64,000 bases of DNA, from contig JBILGT010000004.1 of NCBI GenBank assembly GCA_044350895.1, positions 3,829 to 67,828 of the forward strand. Reading direction: 5' to 3'. The notes below the pieces were generated by a model. It saw nothing but the letters and a program-made list of their open reading frames with translations. It did no database searches and was not told the DNA's origin. The translations under genes were made by a program, and so were the position numbers. Origin of the DNA: Limisphaerales bacterium. GTDB lineage: Bacteria > Patescibacteriota > Microgenomatia > UBA1400 > PJMF01. This document shows positions 1 through 9,806 of the stretch, piece by piece; the first letter of the stretch is position 1; each line of letters opens with the position of its first letter.

Positions 1-927
1 GTTTCAATCAAAACACAGCAACGGATTGTTGAACCATTTATTGTGAATATTCCTGGATTTGGTCCAACAATTGGAAAAGAGAGAACTGAGCAAATTCAAC
101 GTGATATAGGCACTGGCTTTGTGGTTGATGAATCAGGACTTATCGTGACCAACAAACATGTGGTCAGTGAAACACAAGCGGAATACAAAGTAATCGATAC
201 CAAAAATACTGAATACGCAGTTACCAATATTTATCGCGATCCCACCAGTGATTTAGCAATCTTACGCGTTGAGGGCGCCAAACTCCCCAAACTTGCTCTA
301 GGCGAGTCCAACTCAATTAGAGTAGGAGAGCCAGTGATTGCGATTGGTACAGCACTGGGTGAATTCAGACATACAGTTACCACAGGCGTGATCTCTGGCC
401 TGGGTAGAGGAATTACTGCAAGTGGAGGATTTACGGGCAGTGAAGAACTTGAAAATGTAATTCAGACAGATGCAGCAATCAATCCAGGAAATTCTGGTGG
501 ACCACTGCTCAATAATAAAGGTCAAGTGATTGGCGTAAACGTCGCAGTTTCTGCCAATGCCCAAAATATTGGTTTTGCACTTCCTATCAACTTAGTAAAA
601 GATTCTCTCACCAATTTCAATCAAACAGGGCAGTTTGATCGTCCATTCTTTGGAGTCCGCTATCAACTTCTTACGCTCCAAGAATCAGTGGGAGCCAAAG
701 TTCCACAAGGTGCGCTGGTACTTGAGGTGATTCAGAATTCATCTGCTGCCGAAGCAGGTATGCTGCCCAATGATATTTTAATTGAAATAGATGGTCAGTC
801 GTTGACAGAAAAATCCACACTTGCTGAACTTATAAATAAAAAGAAAATTGGTGATCAGCTAACTATCAAATACTGGCGCGAAGGCAGCGAAAAAACTGCA
901 ACAGTTACATTGCGCAAAGCTCCCTAA
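1..927 (+). CDS. htrA: HtrA/DegP-family trypsin-like serine protease with PDZ domain (5' partial)
   Basis: Motifs GTGFVV, TNKHVV, DLAILRV and IQTDAAINPGNSGGPL, plus a C-terminal PDZ. Frame is open from base 1, so the true start lies upstream of the window. Confidence 0.93.
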   Translation, partial: VSIKTQQRIVEPFIVNIPGFGPTIGKERTEQIQRDIGTGFVVDESGLIVTNKHVVSETQAEYKVIDTKNTEYAVTNIYRDPTSDLAILRVEGAKLPKLALGESNSIRVGEPVIAIGTALGEFRHTVTTGVISGLGRGITASGGFTGSEELENVIQTDAAINPGNSGGPLLNNKGQVIGVNVAVSANAQNIGFALPINLVKDSLTNFNQTGQFDRPFFGVRYQLLTLQESVGAKVPQGALVLEVIQNSSAAEAGMLPNDILIEIDGQSLTEKSTLAELINKKKIGDQLTIKYWREGSEKTATVTLRKAP

Positions 928-946
928 AGCAGATTACAAATTGGAA

Positions 947-1903
947 TTATTCTTCTGAATCTTCAGTCTCACCAGGAACATAATCGGGGTTGAGAAGAGC
1001 TGTGCGCAGCTCTAGCAACATCTCAGCAATACCACCGTTTATGATGGTCTCCAAGCTGTACCAGGACTGTTTGGTACGATGATCAGTCACACGATTTTGT
1101 GGATAGTTAAAAGTTCTAATTTTCTCCGCGCGTTGTGCACGACCAATGATGCTCCGTACTTCACCTTCTGCCTTGGCTTTCTTTTCTTCTTCAATTTCCC
1201 AGAGCTGAGACCGGAGGAGTTCGAGTGCAATTTTGCGATTTTGATCTTGCTTCTTTTCTTGGCGTGCGTTGACGACGACACCGCTTGGGATATGAACAAG
1301 TCGAACAGCACTATTTACCTTATTAACGTTTTGACCACCAGCACCGCCGGCACGCATAAATGACCATTCCAAATCTTCTTCTCTGATTTCGATAGCAGTA
1401 GGTGGAACTTCAGGTAAAACTGCCACACTAGCGGTTGAAGTGTGGATGCGACCTTGAGATTCAGTAGCGGGGACGCGTTGTACACGGTGGACTCCAGATT
1501 CAAATTGGAGCAGTTCATACACTGTCAAAATTTCATCACCAAATTGGGCTTTGCCATAAAACTTAACGATTGTTTCATCAATCATTTCAAATTTGAGCTT
1601 ATGATTTTCTGCAAAACGCATATACATGCGTAAAATGTCATTTGCCCAGATTTTTGCTTCATCACCACCAGTGCCACCGCGCACTTCCATGGTGCAGTTA
1701 CCTTTTTTACCAGTTTCACTGACATCTACTTCTTCATGTGAAGTCATTTGAGCTGCAGCTGCTTCAAGTTGAGAGCGTTGTTCTTGAAGTTGGCTAAGTT
1801 CTTCTTGGACTAAAGACGCCATTTCTGGATCTTGGGCAAGGAGTTCAGTTTCAGCAATTTTTTGAGTGAGTTGGTCAATCAGTGGTTGATAGGGGTTTGA
1901 CAT
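947..1903 (-). CDS. prfA: Peptide chain release factor 1
   Basis: GGQ motif (GAGGQNVNK), RF1-specific PxT in [14 protein letters not shown], and [16 protein letters not shown]. Confidence 0.95.
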   Translation of the reverse strand: MSNPYQPLIDQLTQKIAETELLAQDPEMASLVQEELSQLQEQRSQLEAAAAQMTSHEEVDVSETGKKGNCTMEVRGGTGGDEAKIWANDILRMYMRFAENHKLKFEMIDETIVKFYGKAQFGDEILTVYELLQFESGVHRVQRVPATESQGRIHTSTASVAVLPEVPPTAIEIREEDLEWSFMRAGGAGGQNVNKVNSAVRLVHIPSGVVVNARQEKKQDQNRKIALELLRSQLWEIEEEKKAKAEGEVRSIIGRAQRAEKIRTFNYPQNRVTDHRTKQSWYSLETIINGGIAEMLLELRTALLNPDYVPGETEDSEE

Positions 1904-1969
1904 ACTACAATCTTAAGCTACAAATACTCGCTACAGAATAGCCAAGTACAGGGCTCATTAGTATTACAG

Positions 1970-2350
1970 TTATTCTTGAGTTGCGCTAGATTTGCGAAGG
2001 GAATCCTGCTTTTCACGAAGTAAGTCGCGGTAGGTTTTTGGATCACCAGTTTGAACTTCAACTTTTTGCTTTGCCTGTTCTTTTTGAGCAAGAGCAAGTT
2101 TCTTTTCTTCAGCAAGTTTAATTTTCTTGTGGAAGCGGTCTACAGCACCTTGTGCATCAACAAAACGTACTTCACCAGTGAAAAATGGGTGAGAGTTTGA
2201 AGTAATATCTGAGTGGACAACCTGGTATTCAACATCATCAATAGTCATTTTTTCTTGAGTAACTAAGGTTGATGCAGTAATGAATTTGTAACCGGTAGCA
2301 GCATCGATAAATACGGTTGGATACATGGTTGGATGGATATTTTTTTTCAT
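1970..2350 (-). CDS. rpmE2: 50S ribosomal protein L31 type B (zinc-free) with charged C-terminal extension
   Basis: MKKNIHP...SHPFFTG...VDAQGAVDRF; no CxC zinc ligands; lies directly upstream of prfA. Confidence 0.9.
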   Translation of the reverse strand: MKKNIHPTMYPTVFIDAATGYKFITASTLVTQEKMTIDDVEYQVVHSDITSNSHPFFTGEVRFVDAQGAVDRFHKKIKLAEEKKLALAQKEQAKQKVEVQTGDPKTYRDLLREKQDSLRKSSATQE

Positions 2351-2435
2351 AATGCTTTCGCGAAGTACCTATTTTACCAGAAACCCTCGAGAACTGCAAA
2401 AGGAGATTTTGCGAACAAGCCAGTATAATGGTGAC

Positions 2436-3014
2436 ATGAATTTACAAACATATTTGGCTGAAAATCCCAAAAAGCATTTAATTTTCGATTTTGATGAAAC
2501 GCTTTTCACTTTGCTACTTCCATGGGAAAAATACATCAAAGAATTAACGCAGAAACTGCTCGATTTTGATCCCACACTTGCTGAGTTCAGTCAGGGCAAA
2601 ATTCTCAATGATGTTGAAAATGAAGCAGTGCGCAGATGGGGGGAACCTGCAATGCAGATCAGAAGGACATATAGTGAACAGTTTGAATCTACCTTTTTAA
2701 CAGGTGCAGAAGAGCATAGTGAGTTAACGGCATTTGTCAAAGACAATCATAAACACTTTGAATGCAGTATCTGGACTTCAAATATGCGGACTACAATCAT
2801 GCCGATTTTGCAGAAAAATGCTTTGGATCAGTGTTTTAAAAAAATTGTCACAAAAAGTGACGTTTCATTTACAAAACCCAATCCAGAAGGGTTTGAATCA
2901 ATTTTTGATTCCTCTACTCAGAAAAAAACGGAGTATTTGATGATTGGTGATAGTCAAAACGACAGAGGTGCTGCACAAAATGCAGAAATAGATTTTTTCC
3001 ATGTCACAGATTAG
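2436..3014 (+). CDS. HAD-superfamily hydrolase (phosphoglycolate phosphatase/nucleotidase-like)
   Basis: Motif I IFDFDETL, motif II WTSN, KPNPEG and IGDSQND. ATG 2436 lies 6 nt after a TATAAT. Confidence 0.88.
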   Translation: MNLQTYLAENPKKHLIFDFDETLFTLLLPWEKYIKELTQKLLDFDPTLAEFSQGKILNDVENEAVRRWGEPAMQIRRTYSEQFESTFLTGAEEHSELTAFVKDNHKHFECSIWTSNMRTTIMPILQKNALDQCFKKIVTKSDVSFTKPNPEGFESIFDSSTQKKTEYLMIGDSQNDRGAAQNAEIDFFHVTD

Positions 3015-3097
3015 TCTTGAAGATTTGACAGCAAGTGAACTTGGCTTTTAATAAAATCAGTTTATAATCCGCCTATAATTAGTTGAAAAAGCAAGGT

Positions 3098-4279
3098 ATG
3101 AGTAAGCTTACAGAGCTCAATAAAGTGTCAAGATCTGAATGGGATTTTATCAAGGATGGAGCAAAATCTGATCTCCAAAGAGCTGAAATGCGCCTGAGTA
3201 ACCATGAGTCTTGGGAGGATTTTAAACTTACTTCAACAATACTTCTGCGCCAGTTGTGGCAAAACAAACTCTATCGCTCTGAGAGAAGAGAGTTCAGAGA
3301 AACATTTGGTGATTCTCGCAAAGCTTCAAACGAACTTTTCTCTTTATTTTTCATTAATTTGCTTGCTGAATATTGGGACAAAATCAATAAGCCAAAATTG
3401 CCCTCGCTTATCCTTGATGGTCCAGTGCGGTCTGGTACTAGTACCCAAGCAGAACTTTGGCAAAAGTATTTTGACTTTGAATCTCTGCAAATGGGAATGA
3501 TGTTTCGAGCAATTGCTTTTATTTCTCAAATGAATGGATTAACTCCTCCAGAGGTAATCAAACTTACCAAAGGAGGGTATTTTCACTTTTGTATTCGATT
3601 CCAGGATGATCAGCCAACTTTTGAGGTATCGTGTACCCATCCTGATCATCAATTTCTGCAAAATATAGAAAAATCTCAGTTTGGTATTTTGCGCACTTCA
3701 GAAATTGACAAATATGCTTCTTCACTCAATTCTGATCCAGAACGTGCTGTAGAAAAAATGGTAGTAAATGCAGTCAATATGTATCTTGAAAAAAATAATG
3801 GTGTAGTAATGGAAGGCCGCAATTTAGCATCGATAATACCATCTTTTTCGCTAAGAGCATTCTATCTTGCGGTGAGCGATGAAGAAGCAAAACGACGGGA
3901 AGTAGAGAGTGTTAAACGACAGAGTAAAAAGAGTGGAAACCCACCACCTTCAGATGAAGAGTTGGCTCGATTGGCGCAAATGGTTGTGGAAAGAAATGCA
4001 AGTGACACGCGCAATGGAATTTTGCTATCACCCGAGGATGCTTTTAGGTCAGAAAAATATACGGCTATATATAATACAGGCGAAGGTGGCCCATATTATT
4101 TATTTAACTCAATGGTAAATGTGCATGACATTATTAGGCTTGATGACCTTTTTATTCCCAATATTTATGCATATATGCGGCTGGTACTTTTCACAGGATA
4201 TTCTGAACTACCAAGTAATTCACTGATGCACTTTTCGCGCAGAAGAAATCGAGAGCCAGGTAATAGGGCGTTGGCATAA
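3098..4279 (+). CDS. Divergent cytidylate kinase-like protein with long N-terminal extension and degenerate P-loop
   Basis: ILDGPVRSGTST...LQMGMMFRAIA and VVMEGRNLASII align by eye with Cmk motifs (IDGPxxxGKST, DxGxxYR, VxEGRD). Confidence 0.65.
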   Translation: MSKLTELNKVSRSEWDFIKDGAKSDLQRAEMRLSNHESWEDFKLTSTILLRQLWQNKLYRSERREFRETFGDSRKASNELFSLFFINLLAEYWDKINKPKLPSLILDGPVRSGTSTQAELWQKYFDFESLQMGMMFRAIAFISQMNGLTPPEVIKLTKGGYFHFCIRFQDDQPTFEVSCTHPDHQFLQNIEKSQFGILRTSEIDKYASSLNSDPERAVEKMVVNAVNMYLEKNNGVVMEGRNLASIIPSFSLRAFYLAVSDEEAKRREVESVKRQSKKSGNPPPSDEELARLAQMVVERNASDTRNGILLSPEDAFRSEKYTAIYNTGEGGPYYLFNSMVNVHDIIRLDDLFIPNIYAYMRLVLFTGYSELPSNSLMHFSRRRNREPGNRALA

Positions 4280-4385
4280 GAATCTTTTCACTGCTGATTT
4301 AATATAATTTTCTGATACAATAGTTAACTTTGTAGGAAATAATTAAACCCATAATAATATAATAGGGGTTTTGAATAAAGTAGAA

Positions 4386-5444
4386 ATGAAATTAGTTGAA
4401 CAGACTTTTACTGAACGAGAAGCTCAGGCGTGTAATACCATCATTGATGTACGCAAACAATTTTTAGGAGTATATCCTTGGCAAATCATTGTTGGTTTGG
4501 ATGGCGGTATGGCTACAGGAAAAGGCGTTCAAGCCAGAATCCATCGTGAAAGCGGTTTTTTGATAGCAAGTAGTGGTGGTTTTTATCGAGCTTGTGCTTG
4601 GTTATGTTGCTACCTCAATATTTTTGATGCTGAGAAAATCTCCACTTCTTTGCATGAGATTGCACAACAGAGAGCCCAGGGGAACGACACTGGTGCGGCA
4701 GAACTTCATGCTGAACTAAAAGCATATATCTACTCTAAAGAAGAGTTGATGATTCATCTGATCCAAGACGTTCAGCTTGATTTGGTTACAAATGATAATA
4801 CAGAACAAGTAGTAGTAAAACATCCATTTTTGGGAGCACAACAGTTCGCACTTGATGCAAAAGTTGTTCTGAGACAGCCACATGTAGAAGAAGTTACAAA
4901 AATCCTCAGTGGCTTGCAGCGAGTTACAAGTGTTGTTGATCTGCAAATTAGAAGCTTGGCACAGCGAACACATCGCTTCTTTGGTGAAGGAAGAGACAAA
5001 CGAGCAAATCTGTCAGGACTTGAGAATACTTGGATTGGATATACTGCGGTTACCCCAAAAGTGCGTAATCAGCGTGAAGTGCAGCGGAGAAAAGAGCAGC
5101 TTGGTGTACGAAACTTATCTAGAGCTGATGAACATGCTGCAATTATGCAAGCTCAGGCTCGTGATGAATCGGATATGAGTCCACAGCGAAAATTTGGCCG
5201 ATTACTCCGTAGGGATGAAGCACTAAAATCAGGGGCATATGACGGATTTATTGATACAACAAATTTTACACCGTGTGAAGTTGCGCTCATAACATATTGG
5301 TTTTTGGCAAATCACTTTGCACCAAACTCACCATTTGCATTCTCCATAATGAAAGAAATCGAGCAAACCTATGTGGTAGATAGTAAGCGAAGTGTACTTA
5401 AACTCCAACGTAAACATAACCTCGTATATGCAGGTGCAGACTAG
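4386..5444 (+). CDS. Divergent cytidylate kinase-like protein (second, tandem)
   Basis: GLDGGMATGKG, SSGGFYRACA, FFGEGRD, RDESD and FIDTTN are Cmk-like motifs. Start could also be the TTG at 4371. Confidence 0.7.
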   Translation: MKLVEQTFTEREAQACNTIIDVRKQFLGVYPWQIIVGLDGGMATGKGVQARIHRESGFLIASSGGFYRACAWLCCYLNIFDAEKISTSLHEIAQQRAQGNDTGAAELHAELKAYIYSKEELMIHLIQDVQLDLVTNDNTEQVVVKHPFLGAQQFALDAKVVLRQPHVEEVTKILSGLQRVTSVVDLQIRSLAQRTHRFFGEGRDKRANLSGLENTWIGYTAVTPKVRNQREVQRRKEQLGVRNLSRADEHAAIMQAQARDESDMSPQRKFGRLLRRDEALKSGAYDGFIDTTNFTPCEVALITYWFLANHFAPNSPFAFSIMKEIEQTYVVDSKRSVLKLQRKHNLVYAGAD

Positions 5445-6682
5445 CCGCTACATTTTTCAATGAGCTCTTCTACAGTACAGCTCACTTGATCTCCAGTTTT
5501 CATGTTTTTCAATGCAACTGTGTTCTCCGCCATTTCTGTTTCACCAATGATAACAACATAGAGAATTTTCTTTTGGTCGGCCAGTTTGAACTGTTTACCC
5601 AGTTTATCAACAGCAGGGTAGACCTCCGTTTTAATGCCGCTGGTACGAAGTTGTGTTGCAACTTTAAGTGAGGTTGCAGCGTACTGTTCTTCAAATACTG
5701 TAACAAGCACTTGTGATCCCAAACTTTCAGCGGGGAGCAGCTTCAGTTCATCCAAAACTTCTACAGTACGATCGAAGCCGACCGCGAATCCAACAGCGGG
5801 CATTTGATAGCCAGAGAGTTGGTTGATGAGATTGTCATAGCGACCGCCGCCACCCAAAGAACCACTTGGATATTCGGGTACTCGTGACTCAAAAATAAGT
5901 CCGGTGTAGTAATCTAAGCCGCGAGCAAGGTTGGGGTTAAATTTGAGTGCAGCAGTAGGCACACCCAGTGCTGTAGCCTTGTCTACGATCTGCTGTAATT
6001 GTGCTGATGGTGTGACCTTTTGCAGTTCGCTGAGGAGCTTATCTGCTGCTGTTTGGGTAAGGCCCTTCGTGACAAGTTCGGCAGCTACTTCCGCAGGTGT
6101 TTGCTTATCAAGTTTATCAATTGATTGTGTCAATGACATCACTGTAACTTCGGGTGTAGAAAATGGTGTCAAAAATGACATGAGCGTCTCGCGGTCATTG
6201 ATCTCAATCACTACATTGGCGAGTCCCAGCTCTTTGTAGACAGAGTAGAAAACTGCCAAAACTTCAGCATCTGCCAAAGAATCGGTACTGCCAAAAATGT
6301 CACAATCACTTTGTGTAAATTCGCGGTAGCGACCTTTCTGCGGTTTGTCGGCACGGAAAACATTTTGGATTTGATAGCGACGGAAGTAGCGTGGCAACTC
6401 ACCTTGATACTGGTAGAGAATACGGGCAGTTGGCACAGTCTGGTCATACCGCAAGGCAATATCGCGATCGCCTCGGTCTTTGAAATTGTAGACTAGTTTG
6501 TCGGCTTCGTCGCCGTATTTACCAAGCAAAAGCTCTGCATATTCCAAAGTAGGAGTTTCAATAGGTTCGAAACCGAACTTCTCGTAGACTGCCTTCATTT
6601 TGGCAATAACGTAGTCACGCTTGCGCTTTTCTTCTGGTAAAAAGTCTCGAAAGCCTTTTAATGTTTGTACTGGTGATGACAT
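5441..6682 (-). CDS. hisS: Histidine--tRNA ligase
   Basis: KGFRDFLP, LRYDQTVP, FRADKPQKGRYREFTQ, RGLDYYTG and GGGRYD. ATG 6682 is preceded by AAGGAA. Confidence 0.97.
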   Translation of the reverse strand: MSSPVQTLKGFRDFLPEEKRKRDYVIAKMKAVYEKFGFEPIETPTLEYAELLLGKYGDEADKLVYNFKDRGDRDIALRYDQTVPTARILYQYQGELPRYFRRYQIQNVFRADKPQKGRYREFTQSDCDIFGSTDSLADAEVLAVFYSVYKELGLANVVIEINDRETLMSFLTPFSTPEVTVMSLTQSIDKLDKQTPAEVAAELVTKGLTQTAADKLLSELQKVTPSAQLQQIVDKATALGVPTAALKFNPNLARGLDYYTGLIFESRVPEYPSGSLGGGGRYDNLINQLSGYQMPAVGFAVGFDRTVEVLDELKLLPAESLGSQVLVTVFEEQYAATSLKVATQLRTSGIKTEVYPAVDKLGKQFKLADQKKILYVVIIGETEMAENTVALKNMKTGDQVSCTVEELIEKCSG

Positions 6683-6859
6683 AGATTCCTTTTTTAAAGA
6701 AAGATTTATTCTCATTCGACACGGCAAACAACATTTGCCTTGATGACCTCACTATCCATTATCACTGACGATTTCACTAGGTCAATGACGTTCGGTCAAC
6801 AGTCTTCATATCGAATAAATTTTTCCCTTTCATTTATATTATTTTTTACTACTAGATAC

Positions 6860-6885
6860 AAAAAAACCGCTCGGGAGCGGTTGTA
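6860..6885 (-). terminator. Intrinsic terminator (attenuator) in the hisS leader
   Basis: Minus strand AACCGCU-CCCG-AGCGGUU followed by a U run. Confidence 0.85.
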
Positions 6886-6914
6886 TTTACTTTCAAGACA
6901 CTACAAACCACCCC

Positions 6915-6965
6915 TCAATCGAGAGTATGGTGATGATGAGTAGTGATGACGATTTGTGTAGTCAT
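6915..6965 (-). CDS. Histidine leader peptide MTTQIVITTHHHHTLD
   Basis: 16-codon ORF with four tandem His codons. It lies 8 nt after an extended -10 (TGATATAAT) and upstream of the terminator and hisS. Confidence 0.85.
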   Translation of the reverse strand: MTTQIVITTHHHHTLD

Positions 6966-7008
6966 AAAAAACAATTATATCATGATCCCTTTTTATCCTA
7001 AAGTTGTA

Positions 7009-8013
7009 TTAGCTGGGGAATACAAAAACACGATTGGCGAGGATCTTCTCTGAATCAAATAAAACAGTAGGTTCTGAGATCAAACCATCAATGTGAATCG
7101 GTACGTTGTTTTCACCACCAATCGCACTGGAATTACCAAATGCGACGTGGACAGTGCCATAGGCTTTTTCTGCTTCCAGAAGATTCTGAGAAATACTTGC
7201 CGCTGGATTGGTTCCGATGCCAATTTCCGCAACGATTCTGCCAGCTTCTCCAAACTGATTCAGCTTATTCCACAACCGTTGAGCAGCTGTGCCACCTTCT
7301 ATTTTTGTGGCGACACCATTCTGAATAGTCACGGTGATAGGAGCATCAAGGATGTCATCGGCAATTGAGCCATCTATGACTAATGTGCCATTGGTGGAGC
7401 CGAGCAGTGGGGCATAGAACACCTCTCCTGCAGGAAGATTGCCTGTTTCACCAGGAAGTATGAACCCTGAGTCATTGATGACTCCAGTTTGGCGTACACG
7501 AGCGGTAAGATTTGTTCCCTGAATGCTGGTGACAGTGACTTGTTCCGTTTTTTGTAAAAGATCTTTAAGCGTAGTCCCAAGTTCTCGAATTGAATCATAT
7601 GGAATACTGAGTGCTCGCATAATCAGTTCATGATCAGCTCCAGGTAGACTTGCACCACGGCCATTATTGAGTCTGGCAGCCTTGCCTGCGGCAGTGTGGG
7701 TGAGGGAAAAAACTGTCTGTAAAATGACGATTGAAGCTTGTTCAGCAGCAGTGACAAGTTCAGTTGGTGGTTCTTCACCAGATCGTGTCATCTCAGAAAT
7801 AACAATTAGATCAATGGGAAGTCCAAGTTCTTTGGCAGACTCAAACCAAATGGCGGCTTCATTTTGTAACATGCGTTCATCCGCCACAATCAACACAGAA
7901 TCTGAAGGTGTGTAGCCCAAATTTAACTCTAAAATTTGTTTCCCGAGCGCTGCTTCATGAGGGGTGAGTGGGCGGATTGAATACTCTTGGTTGAGTCGTT
8001 GGGAAATTTTCAT
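7009..8013 (-). CDS. M29-family aminopeptidase (aminopeptidase T/II-like)
   Basis: GNLPAGEVFYAP, AEIGIGTNP, EAEKAYGTVHVAFG and IHID metal-ligand motifs. Confidence 0.88.
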   Translation of the reverse strand: MKISQRLNQEYSIRPLTPHEAALGKQILELNLGYTPSDSVLIVADERMLQNEAAIWFESAKELGLPIDLIVISEMTRSGEEPPTELVTAAEQASIVILQTVFSLTHTAAGKAARLNNGRGASLPGADHELIMRALSIPYDSIRELGTTLKDLLQKTEQVTVTSIQGTNLTARVRQTGVINDSGFILPGETGNLPAGEVFYAPLLGSTNGTLVIDGSIADDILDAPITVTIQNGVATKIEGGTAAQRLWNKLNQFGEAGRIVAEIGIGTNPAASISQNLLEAEKAYGTVHVAFGNSSAIGGENNVPIHIDGLISEPTVLFDSEKILANRVFVFPS

Positions 8014-8055
8014 AAGTATCGTGATTTTATCACCCAGAGTGCTATTATAAACACC

Positions 8056-8430
8056 ATGAATGAGTTTAAAAATTTAACCAAAAGGATTATTCAATTTCGC
8101 AAAGCACGCGGCTGGAAAAAGTATCATGGTCCAAAAGATATGGCGTTGGGAATGCTCATCGAAGCTGCTGAGTTTGCTGAGTTGGTGCAATATTTTACAG
8201 GCACTGAGTTGAAAAAGCGGATCAAAGAGCGAAAAGAAGCACTGGCTGATGAACTGGTGGATGTCTTGTGGTGGGTGCTTTTGAACGCCCATGATTTGGG
8301 AATAGATATTCAAGAAGCATTTGAGCGAAAGATTGCTAAAAATGCAAAGAAGTACCCGCCGCTGGAAGATCCCAGGACAGGTGAAGTGGGTAAAGGATTC
8401 GAAATAGATAAAAAAATGAAAAGTGAGTAG
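8056..8430 (+). CDS. MazG-like nucleotide pyrophosphohydrolase (dCTPase-like)
   Basis: FRKARGWKKYHGPKDMALGMLIEAAE...LADELVDV...KIAKNAKKYP. Confidence 0.9.
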   Translation: MNEFKNLTKRIIQFRKARGWKKYHGPKDMALGMLIEAAEFAELVQYFTGTELKKRIKERKEALADELVDVLWWVLLNAHDLGIDIQEAFERKIAKNAKKYPPLEDPRTGEVGKGFEIDKKMKSE

Positions 8431-8460
8431 TTTTCAGTGCTACAATATGCGTGTGTTTTT

Positions 8461-8533
8461 GGGCCTGTAGCTCATCTGGTAGAGCGTTGCATTCGCATTG
8501 CAGAGGTGGTCGGTTCAAGTCCGATCAGGTCCA
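8461..8533 (+). tRNA. tRNA-Ala(CGC)
   Basis: Cloverleaf with GGGCCUG/CAGGUCC acceptor containing G3:U70, anticodon loop UUCGCAU and T loop UUCAAGU. CCA is not encoded. Confidence 0.96.
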
Positions 8534-8561
8534 CAACTTACAAATTTTGAGTGAGGAATAT

Positions 8562-8855
8562 ATGCAAAATTTTGAACAAGAGCACATGGCATCTATTGGA
8601 CCTAATCTTAGTACACCTCTAACTGCAGATGAACTCAGTTTTGCCATTGACTTTGCGGCTGCACAAATCGTTTTTTCTGAACAAGTAAAGCATCCACAAT
8701 CTGAAAAATTTGCTCATGATTGGCAAGTAATATTGCTTGCACTTACAACAGACCGCGGTGCCAGTATACCGACTAGCAATATTAAATGGTGGGGTTGGCA
8801 CCAGGTGAGATCACTCTTCACCACTGTGCAAGCAGAGCGATATAAAAAAGGGTAG
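8562..8855 (+). CDS. Hypothetical protein (97 aa)
   Basis: ATG preceded by GAGGAA; fills the gap between the tRNA and the methyltransferase. Confidence 0.6.
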   Translation: MQNFEQEHMASIGPNLSTPLTADELSFAIDFAAAQIVFSEQVKHPQSEKFAHDWQVILLALTTDRGASIPTSNIKWWGWHQVRSLFTTVQAERYKKG

Positions 8856-8864
8856 AATCTAGAT

Positions 8865-9797
8865 ATGCAAAATGAACAAGAATTTTCAATTGTGACACCA
8901 AGTGGCTGGAGTGACTACAAACTGATTGATAGTGGTGATGGTGAAAAATTGGAACAATTTGGTGAGTATCGTTTGGTACGTCCAGATCCACAAATTTTGT
9001 GGCAGCGTTCTCAACCTCAAGCAGAATGGCAGAACTGTGCTGCGTTTTTTGAGCGCTCATTTGAAGATAAGGGTGACTGGAGAATGCGCACCAAAATGAA
9101 AGATGAGTGGCCAATGCACTGGCGTGATCTCACCTTTATGGCAAAACTCTCACCGTTCAAACACACGGGAATTTTCCCAGAACAGAGTGGACACTGGCAG
9201 TGGTTTCGAGAAATTCTTGAATCAAAAATTGAGAATTGGAAGAGTGGGGGATCTACTGAAGGGGAGCGACCACACATTTTAAATCTCTTTGCGTATACTG
9301 GTGGCGCAAGTATTGTGGCAGCCAAAACGGGGGCAAAAGTTACTCATGTTGATGCGTCACGTTCGTCAATTGGATGGGCGAAGAAAAACCAAGCTGCCTC
9401 TGGATTGGATGAGCGCTCAATACGATGGATACTCGATGATGTGGTGACATTTGTGGGACGTGAAGTAAAACGCGAAACACGTTACGATGGCATTATTTTA
9501 GATCCACCTATTTATGGACATGGACCAAATGGTGAGCGCTGGGATTTTAAAAAGTCATTGCCAGTTTTGCTTGATTTATGCCGACAAGTTCTGGTACAGA
9601 AACCACAGTTTATTTTGATTAATGCCTACGCTGTCAGTACCTCAGCGGTTACGTTGGGTAATTTGCTAGAAGATACAATGAAAGGCAAGCAGGGTGTTGT
9701 TTCAATTGGGGAACTTGCTCTCCAACAAGAGCGTCCTGAAGCAGCAAAGCGATATCTTTCCACAGGAATTTGGGCTCGTTGGCAAGCAAACTACTAG
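8865..9797 (+). CDS. Class I SAM-dependent methyltransferase, RlmI/RlmK-related
   Basis: YKLIDSGDGEKLEQFG, KHTGIFPEQ, LNLFAYTGG, HVDAS and IILDPP. Confidence 0.88.
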   Translation: MQNEQEFSIVTPSGWSDYKLIDSGDGEKLEQFGEYRLVRPDPQILWQRSQPQAEWQNCAAFFERSFEDKGDWRMRTKMKDEWPMHWRDLTFMAKLSPFKHTGIFPEQSGHWQWFREILESKIENWKSGGSTEGERPHILNLFAYTGGASIVAAKTGAKVTHVDASRSSIGWAKKNQAASGLDERSIRWILDDVVTFVGREVKRETRYDGIILDPPIYGHGPNGERWDFKKSLPVLLDLCRQVLVQKPQFILINAYAVSTSAVTLGNLLEDTMKGKQGVVSIGELALQQERPEAAKRYLSTGIWARWQANY

Positions 9798-9806
9798 TTT
9801 TGAAAT

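Noticed and set aside
6690-6900. T-box riboswitch upstream of hisS
   Set aside because: No UGGNACC T-box bulge or stem I motifs; the leader-peptide attenuator explains the terminator.
8451-8561. N-terminal extensions of track ORFs 8451..8855 and 28768..30747
   Set aside because: They overlap tRNA-Ala and the cobalamin riboswitch respectively; downstream ATGs were chosen.
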